Source: Podarcis muralis
Lineage: Eukaryota
Direction of reading: 5' to 3'
DNA length: 64,000 nucleotides
NCBI RefSeq assembly: GCF_964188315.1
Contig: NC_135667.1
Location: 23,064,001-23,128,000 of the forward strand
In this document: piece by piece, positions 13,157-26,786 of the stretch
Layout of the letters: every line of letters starts with the position of its first letter
Numbering within the stretch: position 1 is the stretch's first letter
Notes under the pieces: model-generated
Told to the model about the DNA's origin: nothing
Database searches by the model: none
What the model saw: only the letters and a program-made list of their open reading frames with translations
Translations under genes and position numbers: made by a program

Positions 13157-14249
13157 GTCTGTGTCTTTATTCTTCATAAATATATATATATGGGAATGCC
13201 GATGCTAGGGATCTCAGGGATCTTAACCAAGCATCCCTTCTCAAATTCATATGAATAGAGTTGTGCTGACATTTGGTTCCTCTATTGTACCTTCTACCAT
13301 GGTTTTGCTCTAACACAGTATACAGTGCTCCACTGACTCCTTCCTACCCCCATACCTAAGGAGAAATTGAGTCACAATGTGTGGCATTTACCAACTATGG
13401 ATGAAAAAAATGCTTTGCCTGTTCTCATTTTCCTGTAGCTATTTGCAAAGTGATGCTTATGTAAGCATTCTGGCAGTGGTTTATATTTTTACCAGATATC
13501 ATGTTCTTAAGAAGCTTCTGTCCATTTCCACATGCATACAGTGAAATTGGAAAAGTACTGCAATATAATTTAAGGTAATGAGGATTCCAGTGCTACATCT
13601 TTTCTTTTGTTGTCTTTTGTCTTGTCTTGGGCTATATGAATTCCCTGGCTTCATCACAGTTTCCCTTCCTAGGAAATTCAATGCAATCAGATTGATCATT
13701 TTTCAGCTTATTGATCTTTGGTTGTGCTTGAATTTATATTCTTCCAATACTAGGTACACTCATTCTGTTTTGCATATTACACAAATTCTAACAACAATGA
13801 ATAGGCATGTCATTAATTGCAAACCTAGCTCCTTGGTCACTTATTGAAAAAAAATAGAAAACAAAGAGTATTATATTGATTTGAGTTCTTTGGAAGCTGG
13901 AAGTTGTATATAAATATAAAGTAACTACTATTATAAATTAATTCTTATTATAGTGAGGGAAGTTTCCCATTATTAAATATTGATGATGAATCTGGAAACA
14001 ACTTGCCTTCTACTCTGGGTCAAACTGCTAAAATATTAATTAATTGTGCTGTGTTTCAACTTTCCGCCTTCTCTCTTGAAATTAACATAAATGAATCTGC
14101 TGCTTTATGAGAATCTAGCAGCCTTACTAGACCATAAGCTTAACATGAGTCAACATTATAAAATTCAAAAGCAGAAATATAGTGTCCAGTGTAATAACAT
14201 CACTCTATCACTTGGTCAGGCCCCATCTGCAGTACTAAGTGCAGTACCA

Positions 14250-14508
14250 GAGAGCCAGTGTGGTGTAGTGGTTAAGAGCGGTAGTCTCGTAATCTGGGGA
14301 ACCGGGTTCGTGTCTCCACTCCTCCACATGCAGCTGCTGGGTGACCTTGGGCCAGTCACACTTCTTTGAAGTCTCTCAGCCCCACTCACCTCACAGAGTG
14401 TTTGTTGTGGGGGAGGAAGGGAAAGGAGAATGTTAGCCGCTTTGAGACTCCTGAAGGGGAGTGAAAGGCAGGATATCAAATCCAAACTCTTCTTCTTCTT
14501 CTTCTTCT
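14250..14508 (+). mobile_element. tRNA-derived SINE (Squam3-like), inserted in a CR1 fragment
   Basis: A-box TGGTGTAGTGG, B-box-like GGTTCG, (CTT)n tail; near-identical copies at 38963 and 49889. Confidence 0.85.
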
Positions 14509-14583
14509 GGGCACCACATTTTAAGAAGGATATTGTCAAGTTGAAAGGTGTGCAGAGGACAGGAACCAAGATGATAAAGTGTC

Positions 14584-14937
14584 GAGCTCATGAATTGAAA
14601 GGGAAAGGAATATTGACATATATATACATAAATAAATTAGGATTGAGATAATAAGGAAATACAGAGATATAATGAGAATGAAATGAAGTGTGAGGTCAGT
14701 GGAAGTCTTTGTTTTATCAACTTTGGTTATGTAACGGTGAATACGGTGTTGGGAATATGTCTGTCTTTCTTCTTTTTTCTTTGTTTCATTTCTTTTTTCT
14801 CCCCCCCCCCCCCTTTCATTCTTTGTTTCGTGTTTTAATCTGTAAGATTTGGAATTGTTTCTCTTTTGTTTTGGCGTATTGTTATATTTTGTTGTTAATA
14901 TTAATAAATATTACTTTTATTTTTTTTAAAAAAAGAT
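14584..14937 (+). mobile_element. L1-like 3' UTR fragment, 10-bp TSD ATAAAGTGTC
   Basis: TSD at 14574-14583 and 14938-14947; contains the GGAAGTC motif shared with other L1 tails here; A-rich end. Confidence 0.7.
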
Positions 14938-15419
14938 ATAAAGTGTCTGAAAACCAAACCTTATGAGGAACAATGGGAGTTGGGTATGCTTAGCCTAGAG
15001 AACAGAAGACTGAGAGGGGGATATGATAGCCACCTTTAAATATCTGAAAGGCTGTCTCGTGGACGATGGAGCAAACTTGTTTCCTGCTGCTCCAGAGGGC
15101 AGGACCTGAACCATTGGGTTCGAATTACAAGAAAGGAGAATTCAACCCAACATTAGAAAGAACCTTCTGACAGTAAGAGCTGTCTGATACTTTGTTCCAC
15201 TATTGTGGAAAGTGGTGGTCGTTCCTTCATTGGAGCTTCTTAAACAGAAATTGGATAGCCATCTGTGAGGGTTAATTTAACTGTGATTCCTGCCTTGAAG
15301 GGGCTTGGACCCTTGGAGTCTCTTCTACAATTCTATGATTCAACAATAATTTGGTTCTACCTGACTTTCCTCATTCAGAGAAACCCAATTACCCATGACT
15401 GCAAGCTTTTAATCATACC

Positions 15420-16202
15420 TGTCAGGGGCACAGGGAGAGAGCCACAGGGGAAAGAGGAGATGGAGAGCGAAGAGGAAGGATCTGAGGGAAGCATAGGAGG
15501 GTATGAGAGTGACCAGGGAGATTCCATGAGCCTATCCAGCAAATCAGAAGATTCCCAGAAGGAAGCGCCCAGGGTCAGGGCAAGGGGGGCCAGCGGAGAG
15601 GCTCAAAGCGGCAGCTGGAGATCAGGGCCAACTTCCCCACCAGAGCGTAGCGGGGGGGAAGAAGCCCACAGATCAGGACCAGCGGGGAGGGAGAGTGAGT
15701 CAGGACTGACCACGCCTCCGTCGGGGAGTGGAGGAGCGGAGGGGAGGTCAGTTCCAGCCAGCCCCCCCGAAGGGGGAAGCAGTGACAGGAGCAGTGTAGC
15801 CGTTAGGAGGAAAGTGGGAGGCTGAGCGCGCGCGCCAAGTTCAAATGTGCAGGCGCGCGGGACAGCAGAAAATCCGGATTGGGAACCAGGTCCCAAAGCT
15901 CGCCGGAAGCAGGGGGAGGAGTCAGAGGAATCCGCGTCCGAAGAGTCGAGGAAGGGTGAGACCTCGGCGGGCAGGAGGACCCAGAGGAGAAAGGAACAGA
16001 GGAGGAGGTGGAGCAAGGCGAGGGTCTTGAACTGGTGTACGGGGGGAGGAGATTCAGATGGAGCTTCGACGGTCTAGAGTTACAGACGTAGGGCTGCGCG
16101 CCGCGGCTGTACAACCAACAATGAACTTCAATAAAGACTTTTGTATATAAAGAGACACTGGCGTTGGTCCTTTGTGAGCTGGGACCTGAGGCTGCCCTGA
16201 CA
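15420..16202 (+). mobile_element. Solo LTR (Gypsy/ERV-like), 783 bp, 5-bp TSD ATACC
   Basis: TGTCAGGG...CCCTGACA terminal inverted repeat; ATACC at 15415-15419 and 16203-16207; AATAAA near the 3' end; GC/CpG-rich. Confidence 0.88.
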
Positions 16203-16485
16203 ATACCAATATCGTACCAATATAATTTTATATTAGTCCCACTTCCTTCATCCAGGAAACATAACGATTGGTGCTAAAATTCACCAAGAGATTCCTGCAT
16301 TACAGGCGGTTGGACTAGATGACCCTTGTGATCCCTTCCAACTCTACAGTTCTACAATTTCATTATTTTGTGCACCACTAACTGTTTATCATAAGTCAAA
16401 GGAGAAAATAATAGTTGTAATATTCAGGGCAGTGGGACTCCTAGCAGTTTCAGAATGCACAAGGCAACTTGAAATGACAGCAGCA

Positions 16486-16692
16486 CACAAGGGAAATGAT
16501 AATAATCCCTATCATTGTCAGAATTACTGGTATCTATCCTCTGACACAGCAGACATCCAGAGCCCGACCTGCATATGAAAAGAGGCATAAGAAACCATCA
16601 ATAAAGTTGGATATTAGACATAGGCAGGACTCTGTCATTCTTTTGGGTGTTCATTTCCTCTTTACATGCTAGGATATTTTTTCAGCAGCTGA
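16486..16692 (+). promoter_or_regulatory. Conserved upstream module of gene C
   Basis: CACAAGGGA ... CAGCTG with 200-bp spacing. Confidence 0.5.
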
Positions 16693-17217
16693 TTAAGCCC
16701 TAGTTTTTTAAAAAATAACAATAATAATAATAAATAAATTCCATGAGTATCCTTGTCCAATTAACTTTCCACTTCAAAGTTTCTTACTGTGAAAAATCAA
16801 AATACAAAAACATATACATATGTAGGCATCCACACAGATGTTGTTGCATCTTATTTATTTAATATCTTATGCTGCTTTGGATAAGTGGATTGGAAAACCT
16901 TAAGAGTATACTTTTCCCCCCCTTTGCAGACCAAAGCAAACTTATTGGTATACGTACCTGAACAGATGAGGGTGTAGAAATAAACATACTTCTCAGTGAG
17001 TCTCGGAGGATAAACTGAGTAGATAAAGAGAATATTGTACCTTGATCAGGGACACTGATGGACAAGGCACCGTTATTAGTTCTGAGTACAGGGTGCTGCT
17101 TCACAGATTCTCAAAGAAGTCCTTCTGCTTAATCAGCATAGAGACAGAATCATCCATCATTCAAGGGAAGCTGTAGCAAAACAGATAACAGCTACATATA
17201 ATGTTGTAAATGGAAAC

Positions 17218-20200
17218 ATGAGAACCTATGTTTGGAAGGAATGTTATGCTCACAAGCTCATGATGGTGATGCTTTTGCTACTTGTACTGCTGTGCCCTAC
17301 TGTATGCCAAGCACATTCTATTAATTGCAGCATCTATGATGATCCCTTCCCTATACCTCATGCATTTTACCAGCCAGGTGAACTTGTTATCGGTGAAATT
17401 GTTTCCCAGGTCTTCTTCCTCTACAATAACCTCTCTTTCACAGAACCGCCAACACAGATCTTGATTGATGAACCAGTGTAAGGCAGCATTTATTTTCTCT
17501 TGCTTCTGTAATATATTAAAAGAATAATAGTAGAGAACACATAATTGTGCAATCCTGCATTTTTGTCATGCTTTCTATATTAAATTGTTGGGCAGAAACC
17601 ACTAGTATGTTTTCCTTCACCATCACCATTGAAATGAATGACTACTGTGTATTTCTTTCTTTCTTTTAATATATCTTTATTGATTTTGAGAATATAGCTA
17701 TAAAAAGTCAATAAGATGTATAAATCAATCAAAAGACTATTAAAAACCCCATAACCGTAACTGTGACTGTGTGAAGTACAGAGGTTGCTTACATCATATT
17801 CATCTTCAGTATTAAGGGATTGATGAGTAAGAGCTTACATCAAAGTGAAATCAGATCAGAAGCCAGCAACAGTAACAGCAAAATCAGTTGAATGCCTACA
17901 ATCCATTTCTATAGTGTTTGTGCAGGATAACAACACTGTATATTATATTTATTATTTAGTTATTGCCCCATTTCCCTTTTTTCCATATTTTGTTTCCTCA
18001 TTCTTAATCTCAAATGATGCACTCTCTTATGCCCTTCCAATCATCTGTTTTTAAAATCATTTATTTCAGATTATTATATTTTAGAAATAACAGCATGTTT
18101 CACTCTTCCTGTTGTTTTAACACTTTCATTTGAAAAGTAAAGCAGGCTGGACAGGGAACCACAACCTGACTCTAAAAAGGGTATGCATGTAATACCTGTA
18201 TTTGTAAACATAGTTAATATTTATCATACTTTTCAATTCAAAAACACACAGGCACAACATTATAGGGGGTCTACATTTTTTAAAAAAAATTATTTGTGAA
18301 TTGGCTGCCAAGTACCACGCACTAGTTAGTCTGAGATATATAGTATATATAGTGAATTGCTTTCAAATATACGTTAGTTTTTTGAAGCCTGTAAAGCTCC
18401 CTTTTGTACTTTTCACTTGTAATATCTTTTCTGTTTTCATCTGGTTATGACAGATGTTCTTCTATTGTATTTATGCATCACAGATAATAAAAATGCACTG
18501 TTGTCAGTTGCTTCAACAAGGTCCATATTATTGTATATTTCTTGCTTCGCTGTATTGCATAAGATAACAAGAATATCACTGGAAATAAGAGCTTCACTCT
18601 CCTCTAGGTCCTGTCCTCTAAACTAGAACTAAAATCAGCTCTAAAACATTCTTTAAAGAAACTGTTAAAAACATTCTAAAAACAATTAAAATCATTCTCA
18701 GCCAGTGACCTCAGTATCTCCAGGATCAGGTTTTTTTTAAGTCATGAAATGCTTGGGTAAACAGGAATGTTTTTCAATTGTTGATGGAAGTCAGTGATGG
18801 GGGAGAGAGAGATAGACCTCACTAGGAAGGCATTCCACAGATGGGCAACCACCATGGAAAAGCCCTGGTCAAGATCACTTCCAAATGCGTTGCACTCAGT
18901 TTCATCACCACCAAAGCCACCATAGACTCTGAGATGGTTGAAGGAACTCTTTTTAGGTATTTGGGTTTCAAGCTATTTAGGGTTTCATATGATAATATGA
19001 ACACATTGAATTTGGTCTAGTAGCTCACTGACAACCCATGTCCATTGGAAGGCTAGCAGTCACAAGTTGTTTGCAGGCTTTTTCAATGGTGTTTCAAATA
19101 TACACAATCTCACTTTAATACACAGTGCCTTTGAATGTAACCCCCATGTAAATTGGGAATTGCCTGTACTGCTTGCTGGCAGTCACCTTGCAGGAAGGAA
19201 CAGAACCAATCAGGTATCTTAGTTTTTACTTCAATATTTCACCTTCTTGAGTATTAAGTTACAGCTCATTCTTGAAAGTGTGTTGATGAAGACTATAAAT
19301 CTGGTTTCATTATTGATGTTTTGTTAAATAGCTGCAACTCTTTTTTACAGTTCAGTGCCCAAGAACTACCAGCACATCCTGGCCTTAGCATTTGCTGTCA
19401 AAGAGATCAATGAGAATCCCAACATCTTGTCAAATGCCTCGCTGGGGTTTCACATCCTCAATAGTTACTATACAGCAAAGATGACTTATAAGGCTGCCCT
19501 CAGCCTGCATTCCACACAACAGAGGTTTGTCCCCAACTTCAAGTGTCACAATCAGAACAAGCTGATCACCATCATTGGCGGATGCATCTCTGAAATCTCT
19601 GCCAATGTGGCCATCATCTCAGCAATTCACAAGACTCCACAGGTAAATAAGGTGGTACAGAAAATTCACAACTGTGGCACACCATCATGATTTCAGCAAA
19701 TCCTTTGATAAATGATATTAAGTGTTATAACAGTTAAATGACAAAACAATCCAGAGGACTCACAGCACACTGAAAGACAAGAATAAAAGGTCCCCCCCCT
19801 TTTTTAAAGACACATAGTACAAATTATCATTACAGAGGCAAATGTGGAAGAATAAAATCTGAACACTAACTATTGTAGCACAACTGTGTTATACAAAGTT
19901 AATTCCTGTATCATTTAAACTGTAGAATTGTCAGCAGCAAAGGGGGGGGGGAGAGAAAAAGAAGGGAAAACTATATTTCCATTTAAAATTAGGACAATCA
20001 TCTTAACTGTAAGTGAAATTGAGCAATTGAACCAGTGCAATTTTTCTCTAACAAAACTTTTACAATGAATTTACCCCAATATAATGCACCTGTGTTTTAT
20101 TTTCACCAATACATATGAATTCATTGATGCATTGAGCCCTTGTGTTTCAGTGTCCGGCGTTGTGATGTATCACAGGGAACTGTTATGTTCATAATGCTAT

Positions 20201-23200
20201 TTAGCATCTCTGTGAAACTTTTGGTAAAGCGTAGGATGTTTGGGGAAAGCTGTCAAAGAATCCTAGAATCTTATAGTTGGAATGGACCCCAAGGATCATC
20301 TAATTCAACCCCCTGCAACACAGGGATCTCAGCTAAAGCATCCATGACAGGTGGCCATCCAATCTCTGTTTTAAAAACCTCCAAGGAAGAAGGGTCCACA
20401 ACCTTATGTGGGAGTCTGTTCCGCTGCTGAACAGCTCTTACTGTCAGAAAGTTTTTTCCTAATGTTTGGTCGGAATCTCCCTTCTTGCAACTTGAAGCCA
20501 TTGGTTCGAGCTTTACCCTCCAGAGCTTCCCCCTCCATGCTCCCCCCTCCATGTGACAGCCCTTCAGATATTTGAAGATGGCTATCATATCTCCTCTAAG
20601 TCTCCTCTTTTCCAGACTAAACATACCCAGCTCCTTCAAGCACTCCTCATAAGGCTTAGTTTCCAGACCCTTGATCATCTTGGTTTGCCTTCCTCTGCAC
20701 ATGTTCAAGCTTGTCAACATTCTTCTTAAATTTTGTTGCCCAGAATTGGACACAGTATTCCAAGTGTGGTCTGACTAAGGCAGAATGGACTGGTACTATT
20801 ACCGGTACTTCCCTTGATCTGGACACTATTCTTCTGTTGATGCAGCCTAGAATTGCATTAGCTTTATTTGCTCCTGCATCACACTGTTGACTCATTTTAA
20901 GTTGTGCTCCACCAAGACCCCTAGATTCTTTTCACATGTACTGCTAATAAGCTAAGTGTCCCCCATCTGGTTCTTCCTGCCTAAGTGCAGAACCTTACAT
21001 TTGTCCCTATTGAAATTCATTTTGTTAGCTTGCATCCTGTTTTCCAATCTGTTAAGGTCATTTTGAATTCTGATTCTGTCCTCTGTGGCATTAGCTACCC
21101 CCCCCCCAGTTTGATTCAATGATTAATTGGCTCATAATTCTAAGATACAATATTCTCTTTTATTTAAAATGAGAAATGTTTACTTTTTTATTTCAGCTCA
21201 CTTATGGATCATTTTCAGCATTACAGAATGACAAAATGCTATTCCCATTTTTGTACCAGATGGTCCCAAATGAGGATCATCAGCACATAGGAGTTATCCG
21301 GCTATTTCAGCATTTCAAATGGACTTGGGTTGGACTGTTAGCTGTAGATGATGACAAAGGGGATAGGTTTTTACAAACAATGGTCCCAATTCTTTCCCAA
21401 AATGGCAACTGTTATGCCTTCATAATAAGAGTACCAAAATGGAATTATGTGGATGAGATGATAGACTTGCTTATACAGCAGCAGAAAAACTATGAAATTC
21501 TCATGGAGAGAAAATGCAATGTAATGTATGTCTATGGAGAACCTCCATCCTTTCAGATTTTGTGAATGTTGTTGTTTCTAGCACCCTTCTTGGCATTGCC
21601 ACCTCTAGGAAAAGTTTGGGTTGTAACTTCCCACTGGGATTTTGCATCACACTCTATACAAAAGGTATGGGATATACAGGCATTCCATGGCACCATATCT
21701 TTCACAGTTCACTCAAATCAGCCATTAGGATTCCAAACATTCACAGACATGATACAACCTTCCTGGGCCAAAGGAGATGGTTTCATCCAGGACTTCTGGG
21801 AACAAGCATTCAGCTGTTCACTAATGATGTCTAAGCAGCAAGAGAAGGACGGGAAGAAAACCTGCACTGGGGAAGAGAATCTGGAAAGCCTTTCTGGAGT
21901 TCTGTTTGAAATGAATATGACTGGACACAGCTACAATGTCTACAATGCTGTCTATGCAATGGCACATGCTTTGAATGCTATATACAAATCCCATGTCAAA
22001 CGTAAAAGATTGGAGGAAAGAGACAGACTGGCATTTCAGAGTGTACAGCCATGGCAGGTAATTTCAAGTCAACACTTAAAATAGAAAAGAAGTAAAGTTT
22101 ATGATTCAGAGGTAAAGGGATCTCTACATTTAAAAAATTCACCAAATTTCCACACTGATTTACATAAGCAATAGCTCCCTGATTATGAAATAGTGATTTA
22201 TTATTTATAATGGGCCATGCACATGAATCTAAATGGATAGGAGAGATAGGTGGAAGTATAAAGTCCCAAAAGTGGAGGAGAATGAATTCTTTGTTAGATA
22301 ATTCTTTGTTAGAAATAGAACTTTGTTAGAACAGACTTTTCTGAAGCTCGTGGAATAAATGTTACATGCGGTCAGAAGTAAGATATTTCAGGAGTCACAG
22401 GGCATGTTTGTACCTTGGGTTTTTACCTTTCTTACACATAGCAAATCAGGTCCAATTTCAAGACTGCAACACATTGATGACATCAACTCCAACTATTTAT
22501 TTTTGTGGCAACATATCACCTATATTTGACCACCTCTTTGATTATGCAGATTCATTTTTCCAACAAATAGGAATCTGCAGGGTTAACTTCGCCCAAACAG
22601 TTGGACCAATTTAGCAGTCCCTTTCTTACATCCAAAGTAACATGGCTGTGCAGAATCTCAAAAAGTTTTTTAATCTAACCTTGGTCTCATTCTAATAATC
22701 TCAATACCTAGTCGTTCATATTCTCTTTCAATCTAGGTGCATCACTTTCTAAGGTGGATCACATTCAATAACAGTGCTGGAGACAATGTGCGCTTTGATG
22801 ACAATGGTGAATTAGTTACAGGTTTTGATGTTACAAACTGGGTGACATTCCCCAATGGCTCACTGGTTAGAGTGAAAGTTGGAAGACTCCAACCTCAGGC
22901 TCCTTCAGGCAAAGAATTAACCCTTAATGATGAGCAAATTGTCTGGCATAAAAGTTTTAATCAGGTGAGACATAGCAAAAAATATTTAAATAATCAAATG
23001 AGATTTTTTTTATTTTTGGCCAGTTCATATTTCTATCTGGTTTTCAGGCTCTGAACAATGCTGATTAAAATTATTATAAAATAAATCACATACCCCTTAA
23101 ATGTCACATCACTCCAAGTGAGCTCCCAGTAGATTTTTGACCTCATAAATTATTTTTTTATATAGTAAAGAACCCTGCCTCCTCAACAACATCACTTCCT

Positions 23201-25182
23201 GTTTTGTGAATAAATGCTTTCACGTAAGCCATGTTCAATAATGTTGAAAACGATTATGGAGGTGATAAACTTTGCCTGATCTTTATGACAAGGTTTCATG
23301 TTCCAATCTGAGCTTGGTGAAGGCAAAATTCACTGTCTTCTCTCAGTCATACTTTCATGCCAAGAGATGAGCTATTTTCAAGACCCACTCTCTTGGTGCA
23401 AATCACCCTTCATGCTTCTTTAAAGGTGGTGCCTGTTTCTGTGTGCAATGACAACTGCTACCCAGGCTACAGCAAAAAAAAGAAGGAGGGAGAGAAATTT
23501 TGCTGCTATGATTGTGCTCCATGTCCAGAAGGGATGATCTCTCACCAGAAGGGTAGGAGAAATAATGAACAGAAATATCAAGGAAGTTCTGTGATGCATC
23601 ATCTTTTTATTTACTTGTTTAGATTATATGTTCCTTGAAATTATAAAAAAGATTTTAGGTGGTTTGCCAGCCATCCCATCATTGAAAGCAGAAGGAAATG
23701 TGCCCATCTTGAACATGACCAGTTAAGAACTGCCAACCTATATTATCCCTGCCCCCAAAACGCAATGACAGCTACTCTTACTTGAAAATAACAAAGCTAT
23801 ATTTATTCAACCGAATAGGTTCAGCAGCCTGCAAAGGGTAAATAGGTCAAGTTTTTAAGATGCATGAGCAAGGAAAGTTGTTCATAACCAAACAGAAGCT
23901 ATGAAGATCCCCCAAGAGTTGAAATGCCCCTTGTACAGAGCTTTTAAAGATGAGACAGAGCAAGCTCACTCATGGAATCCCTTGTCGTCAGTTCTGCTGA
24001 ATGTGTGCTCCATTAGGTGTGTGTCAAGAGGTGGATTCCCTCTGATCCCACCTACAAAGCTGGTGTCTGGCTCCTGGCAGAAAGGTGGTTTTCTACCCTT
24101 TGTCTCCAGCTATGATGCCACCTCATCCTGTTGGCTAGTTGGCTAGCTGAAGTAGCTTGAACTAACTATTGTGGAGATATGCATTTTTATTTGCCTGCAT
24201 AAGTCAAGTTTTTATCAGCCATATAAATGTAGAAATAGAAAGTGCCTCACAGCTGTTAACTATATCTTCCTTTTTTAAAGATGCCGATGCCTGTGTCAAT
24301 TGTCCAGAAGAACAGTGTCCTAACAAGGAACAAACTAAATGCATTCCAAAGGATGTGAACTACCTCTCTTACAAAGAAGATTTAGGGATCATCTTAACTA
24401 TATTGGCAATTTCTTTCTGCTTGATCACAAGTTTAGTACTTGGAATTTTTATGAAGTACAAGGACACTCCCATAGTCAAAGCCAACAACCGAACCCTCAC
24501 CTACATCCTCCTCATCTCCCTCCTCCTTTGCTTCCTCTGCTCCTTGCTCTTCGTTGGACATCCTGGAAAGCTCATCTGCCTTCTCCGACAAACAGCCTTT
24601 GGTATCATATTCTCTGTGGCCCTTTCTTCTGTGTTGGCAAAGACCATCACTGTGGTTCTGGCTTTCATGGCAACCAAACCAGGATCTGGAATGAGGAGAT
24701 GGGTGGGGAAAAGAATGGCAGATTCTATTGTCCTTTCCTCTTCCTTGATTCAAGTTGGCATTTGTACTCTTTGGTTAAGTACCTCCCCTCCTTTCCCAGA
24801 TTTCGACATGTACTCATTGGATAGGGAAATCATAGTGGAATGTAATGACGGTTCTGCTTTCATGTTTTACTGTGTCTTGGGCTACATGGGCTCACTGGCC
24901 ATTGTCAGCTTTGTTGTGGCTTTCCTGGCTAGGAAGTTGCCCGACAGTTTCAATGAAGCCAAGTTCATCACTTTCAGCATGTTGGTGTTTTGCACTGTTT
25001 GGTTATCCTTTGTTCCTACCTATCTAAGCACCAAAGGGAAATATATGGTGGCTGTAGAGGTCTTTTCCATCTTGTCCTCGAGTGCTGGGTTACTGGGCTG
25101 CATCTTCTTCCCTAAATGCTACATCATTCTGCTCAGGCCTGAGCTGAACAACCGGGATCAATTAATAATAAGAAGAAAATAA
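17218..25182 (+). pseudogene. Vmn2r: V2R gene C, probable pseudogene or null allele: join(17218-17477,19351-19642,21197-22057,22737-22964,23426-23552,24281-25182), in-frame TGA at 21563-21565
   Basis: All six exons and their splice sites are intact. Exon 3 reads PPSFQIL*MLLFL where paralogues read (F)xxLRxLLFL, so the codon is TGA instead of AGA. ORF-track entries 21176..21565 and 21566..22084 are contiguous in one frame. Confidence 0.88.
20258..21105 (-). mobile_element. CR1 LINE, 5'-truncated (gene C intron 2)
   Basis: Minus-strand peptides [13 protein letters not shown] and FSLEKRRLRGDMI; GATTCT-type tail at the left end. Confidence 0.9.
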
Positions 25183-25978
25183 AAAGAAGAAGAAATACAT
25201 ATCTTTTTGTTCATATATGTATTCCCTTGGAAATGCTTATGCTAGGTGTATTTGTAATTCCTCTAATAACTAGCAAGGTTGGTGGGTCTCCCACATCAGC
25301 TACCGTTGTAGCTGGAAATAAACCTGCCAAAAAACCTTAGTAGGACCACTGTCATTCACACCATGGAGTTACACAGACCTCCTGGGCCCAGAACCCCTGT
25401 TGCCTCTTCTGTTCCTTGCTCCTAGATACATATACTCAGTCAATTTATATTCTGTAAGCTCCATGGGGCTGCGATTTCGTCTGCTGTATCTTGCACAATG
25501 TTATTACTGCATTAATAAATTCTTTTTAACAATGACAAAATAATATTAATATCAATAACTGTGGCAGACAATAATTGCATTTGTTTTGCTAAAGGAACTG
25601 AAGGAGGTTATTGATTTGTTTTGTTCTTTTACTTGTTTTTATTATGTATTTCGTGCTTTTGATCTTAAATTTTATGTTGTGAACCATCTTTAGATCTACA
25701 TATGAAGGGTGATATACACATTTAATATACAAAACAAAACAATGTATAATACACTTTTTTACATGAAAACACTCACTCTCAGATTTGCCAGGCTATAACT
25801 CACTATTGATACACACTTATACCAAATCTGAATGGCTGTTGTGTGAACTCAATTCTAAGCAGAAGCATCCTGCTCCAATAAGGCCATGTGCCATGTATTT
25901 CTAAATCTCCCTAAAAGATAAAGAAAAATAGTTGTAGAATTGGGAGGAGGCACTTCCTTGCAGTTTTGTGGTATATGA

Positions 25979-26767
25979 TGTAAAGCCTCTCCTCCTTACA
26001 GAGGGGAGGAGTTGTGAGCAGGAGCCATTTCCCGCGTTGGCAGGGGGCGTTCCAGCCCCTCCCCAGCTGGCCTGTCTCCTGCGCCACGCCCCCAGGTAGC
26101 CAAGCAATGAGGTGGAGGCTTGGGGGCGAGGTTTAGCTGCTCAAATGTGGCCGCAGCAGCACTTCCTTTTCATTCTGCTGCTGGTTTTTGTCGGATCACC
26201 CACCCACCCTCCCTTTAATTCATTGCTTGGTTCTTGACATTGCTACGGACCTGTGGTTGGTCACCTTGGTTGCCCAAGGGGCCTGGTAGGAATTTTTATC
26301 CGACTGGCAAATTGGCACCGGCCACTTGGGTTTTTGCCTACCTCGTAGCAAATTGTCACAACTTTTAGGTATTGGCGGTTAGGCATTGGAATATGTTTGT
26401 GTATTGGAGGGCTGGGTGTGGCCATTGCCTCCCCCTCCACTTTATGGTTATTCCGGTAAAGGAAACCGGTGGCCGTGGATCCTGTCCGACGCCCTTGCTG
26501 GTGGCTAGGGCCATGGCACAACCCCCGGTGACATCAGGAGGAGCTTTCAGTTGTATTTGCATCAACAGGTGGTTAACCCTTGTTAGACTCACGCCCCCCC
26601 CCCCCGAGAGGGTGCAGTCACACTCTGTTGTTTTATCCAATGCCTAAGCCAATACCTCTCACATGCTGTAATCAATAAAGTTGTGGCCTTTTTTATCCCA
26701 TTAACCTAATATACTGTGTCCATGTGTCTTTCTTATCCCCAAGCAGGTGGCAGGTCTTTGAATCACA
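25979..26767 (+). mobile_element. LTR-like element upstream of gene D, absent upstream of gene E
   Basis: TG...CA ends, GC-rich, contains AATAAAGTTGTGGCC (also seen near 4379 and 11776); missing from the paralogous D-E spacer (about 37660). No clean TSD. Confidence 0.65.
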
Positions 26768-26786
26768 ACTTCAAATGCCAATAGCA

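Larger units (their letters stand above)
14185..15342 (+). mobile_element. CR1 LINE 3' fragment interrupted by a SINE and an L1 tail
   Basis: CTGGGCACCACA..., AGCCTAGAGAACAGAAGACTGAGAGGGG, ATTCTATGATTC terminal repeat. Confidence 0.78.

Noticed and set aside
14250-14330. tRNA-like sequence (also 38963, 49889, 51520)
   Set aside because: These are SINE heads followed by SINE body and tail; no complete cloverleaf.
15265-16114. Overlapping Ser/Gly/Glu-rich ORFs of 61-186 aa
   Set aside because: Low-complexity frames within a GC-rich solo LTR; no domain motifs.
21563-21568. Programmed readthrough or selenocysteine at gene C's TGA
   Set aside because: Paralogues have Arg (AGA); the context TGA-ATG is not a known leaky motif; no SECIS evidence.
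24169-24280. 337-aa single-exon GPCR ORFs starting at 24169 and 34709
   Set aside because: The N-terminal 37 or so codons are intron 5; the real exon starts at the AG acceptor (24281, 34821).
25178-25183. AATAAA overlapping the stop codon of C (and D)
   Set aside because: Probably a by-product of Lys-AAA plus TAA in A-rich sequence; no evidence of use.
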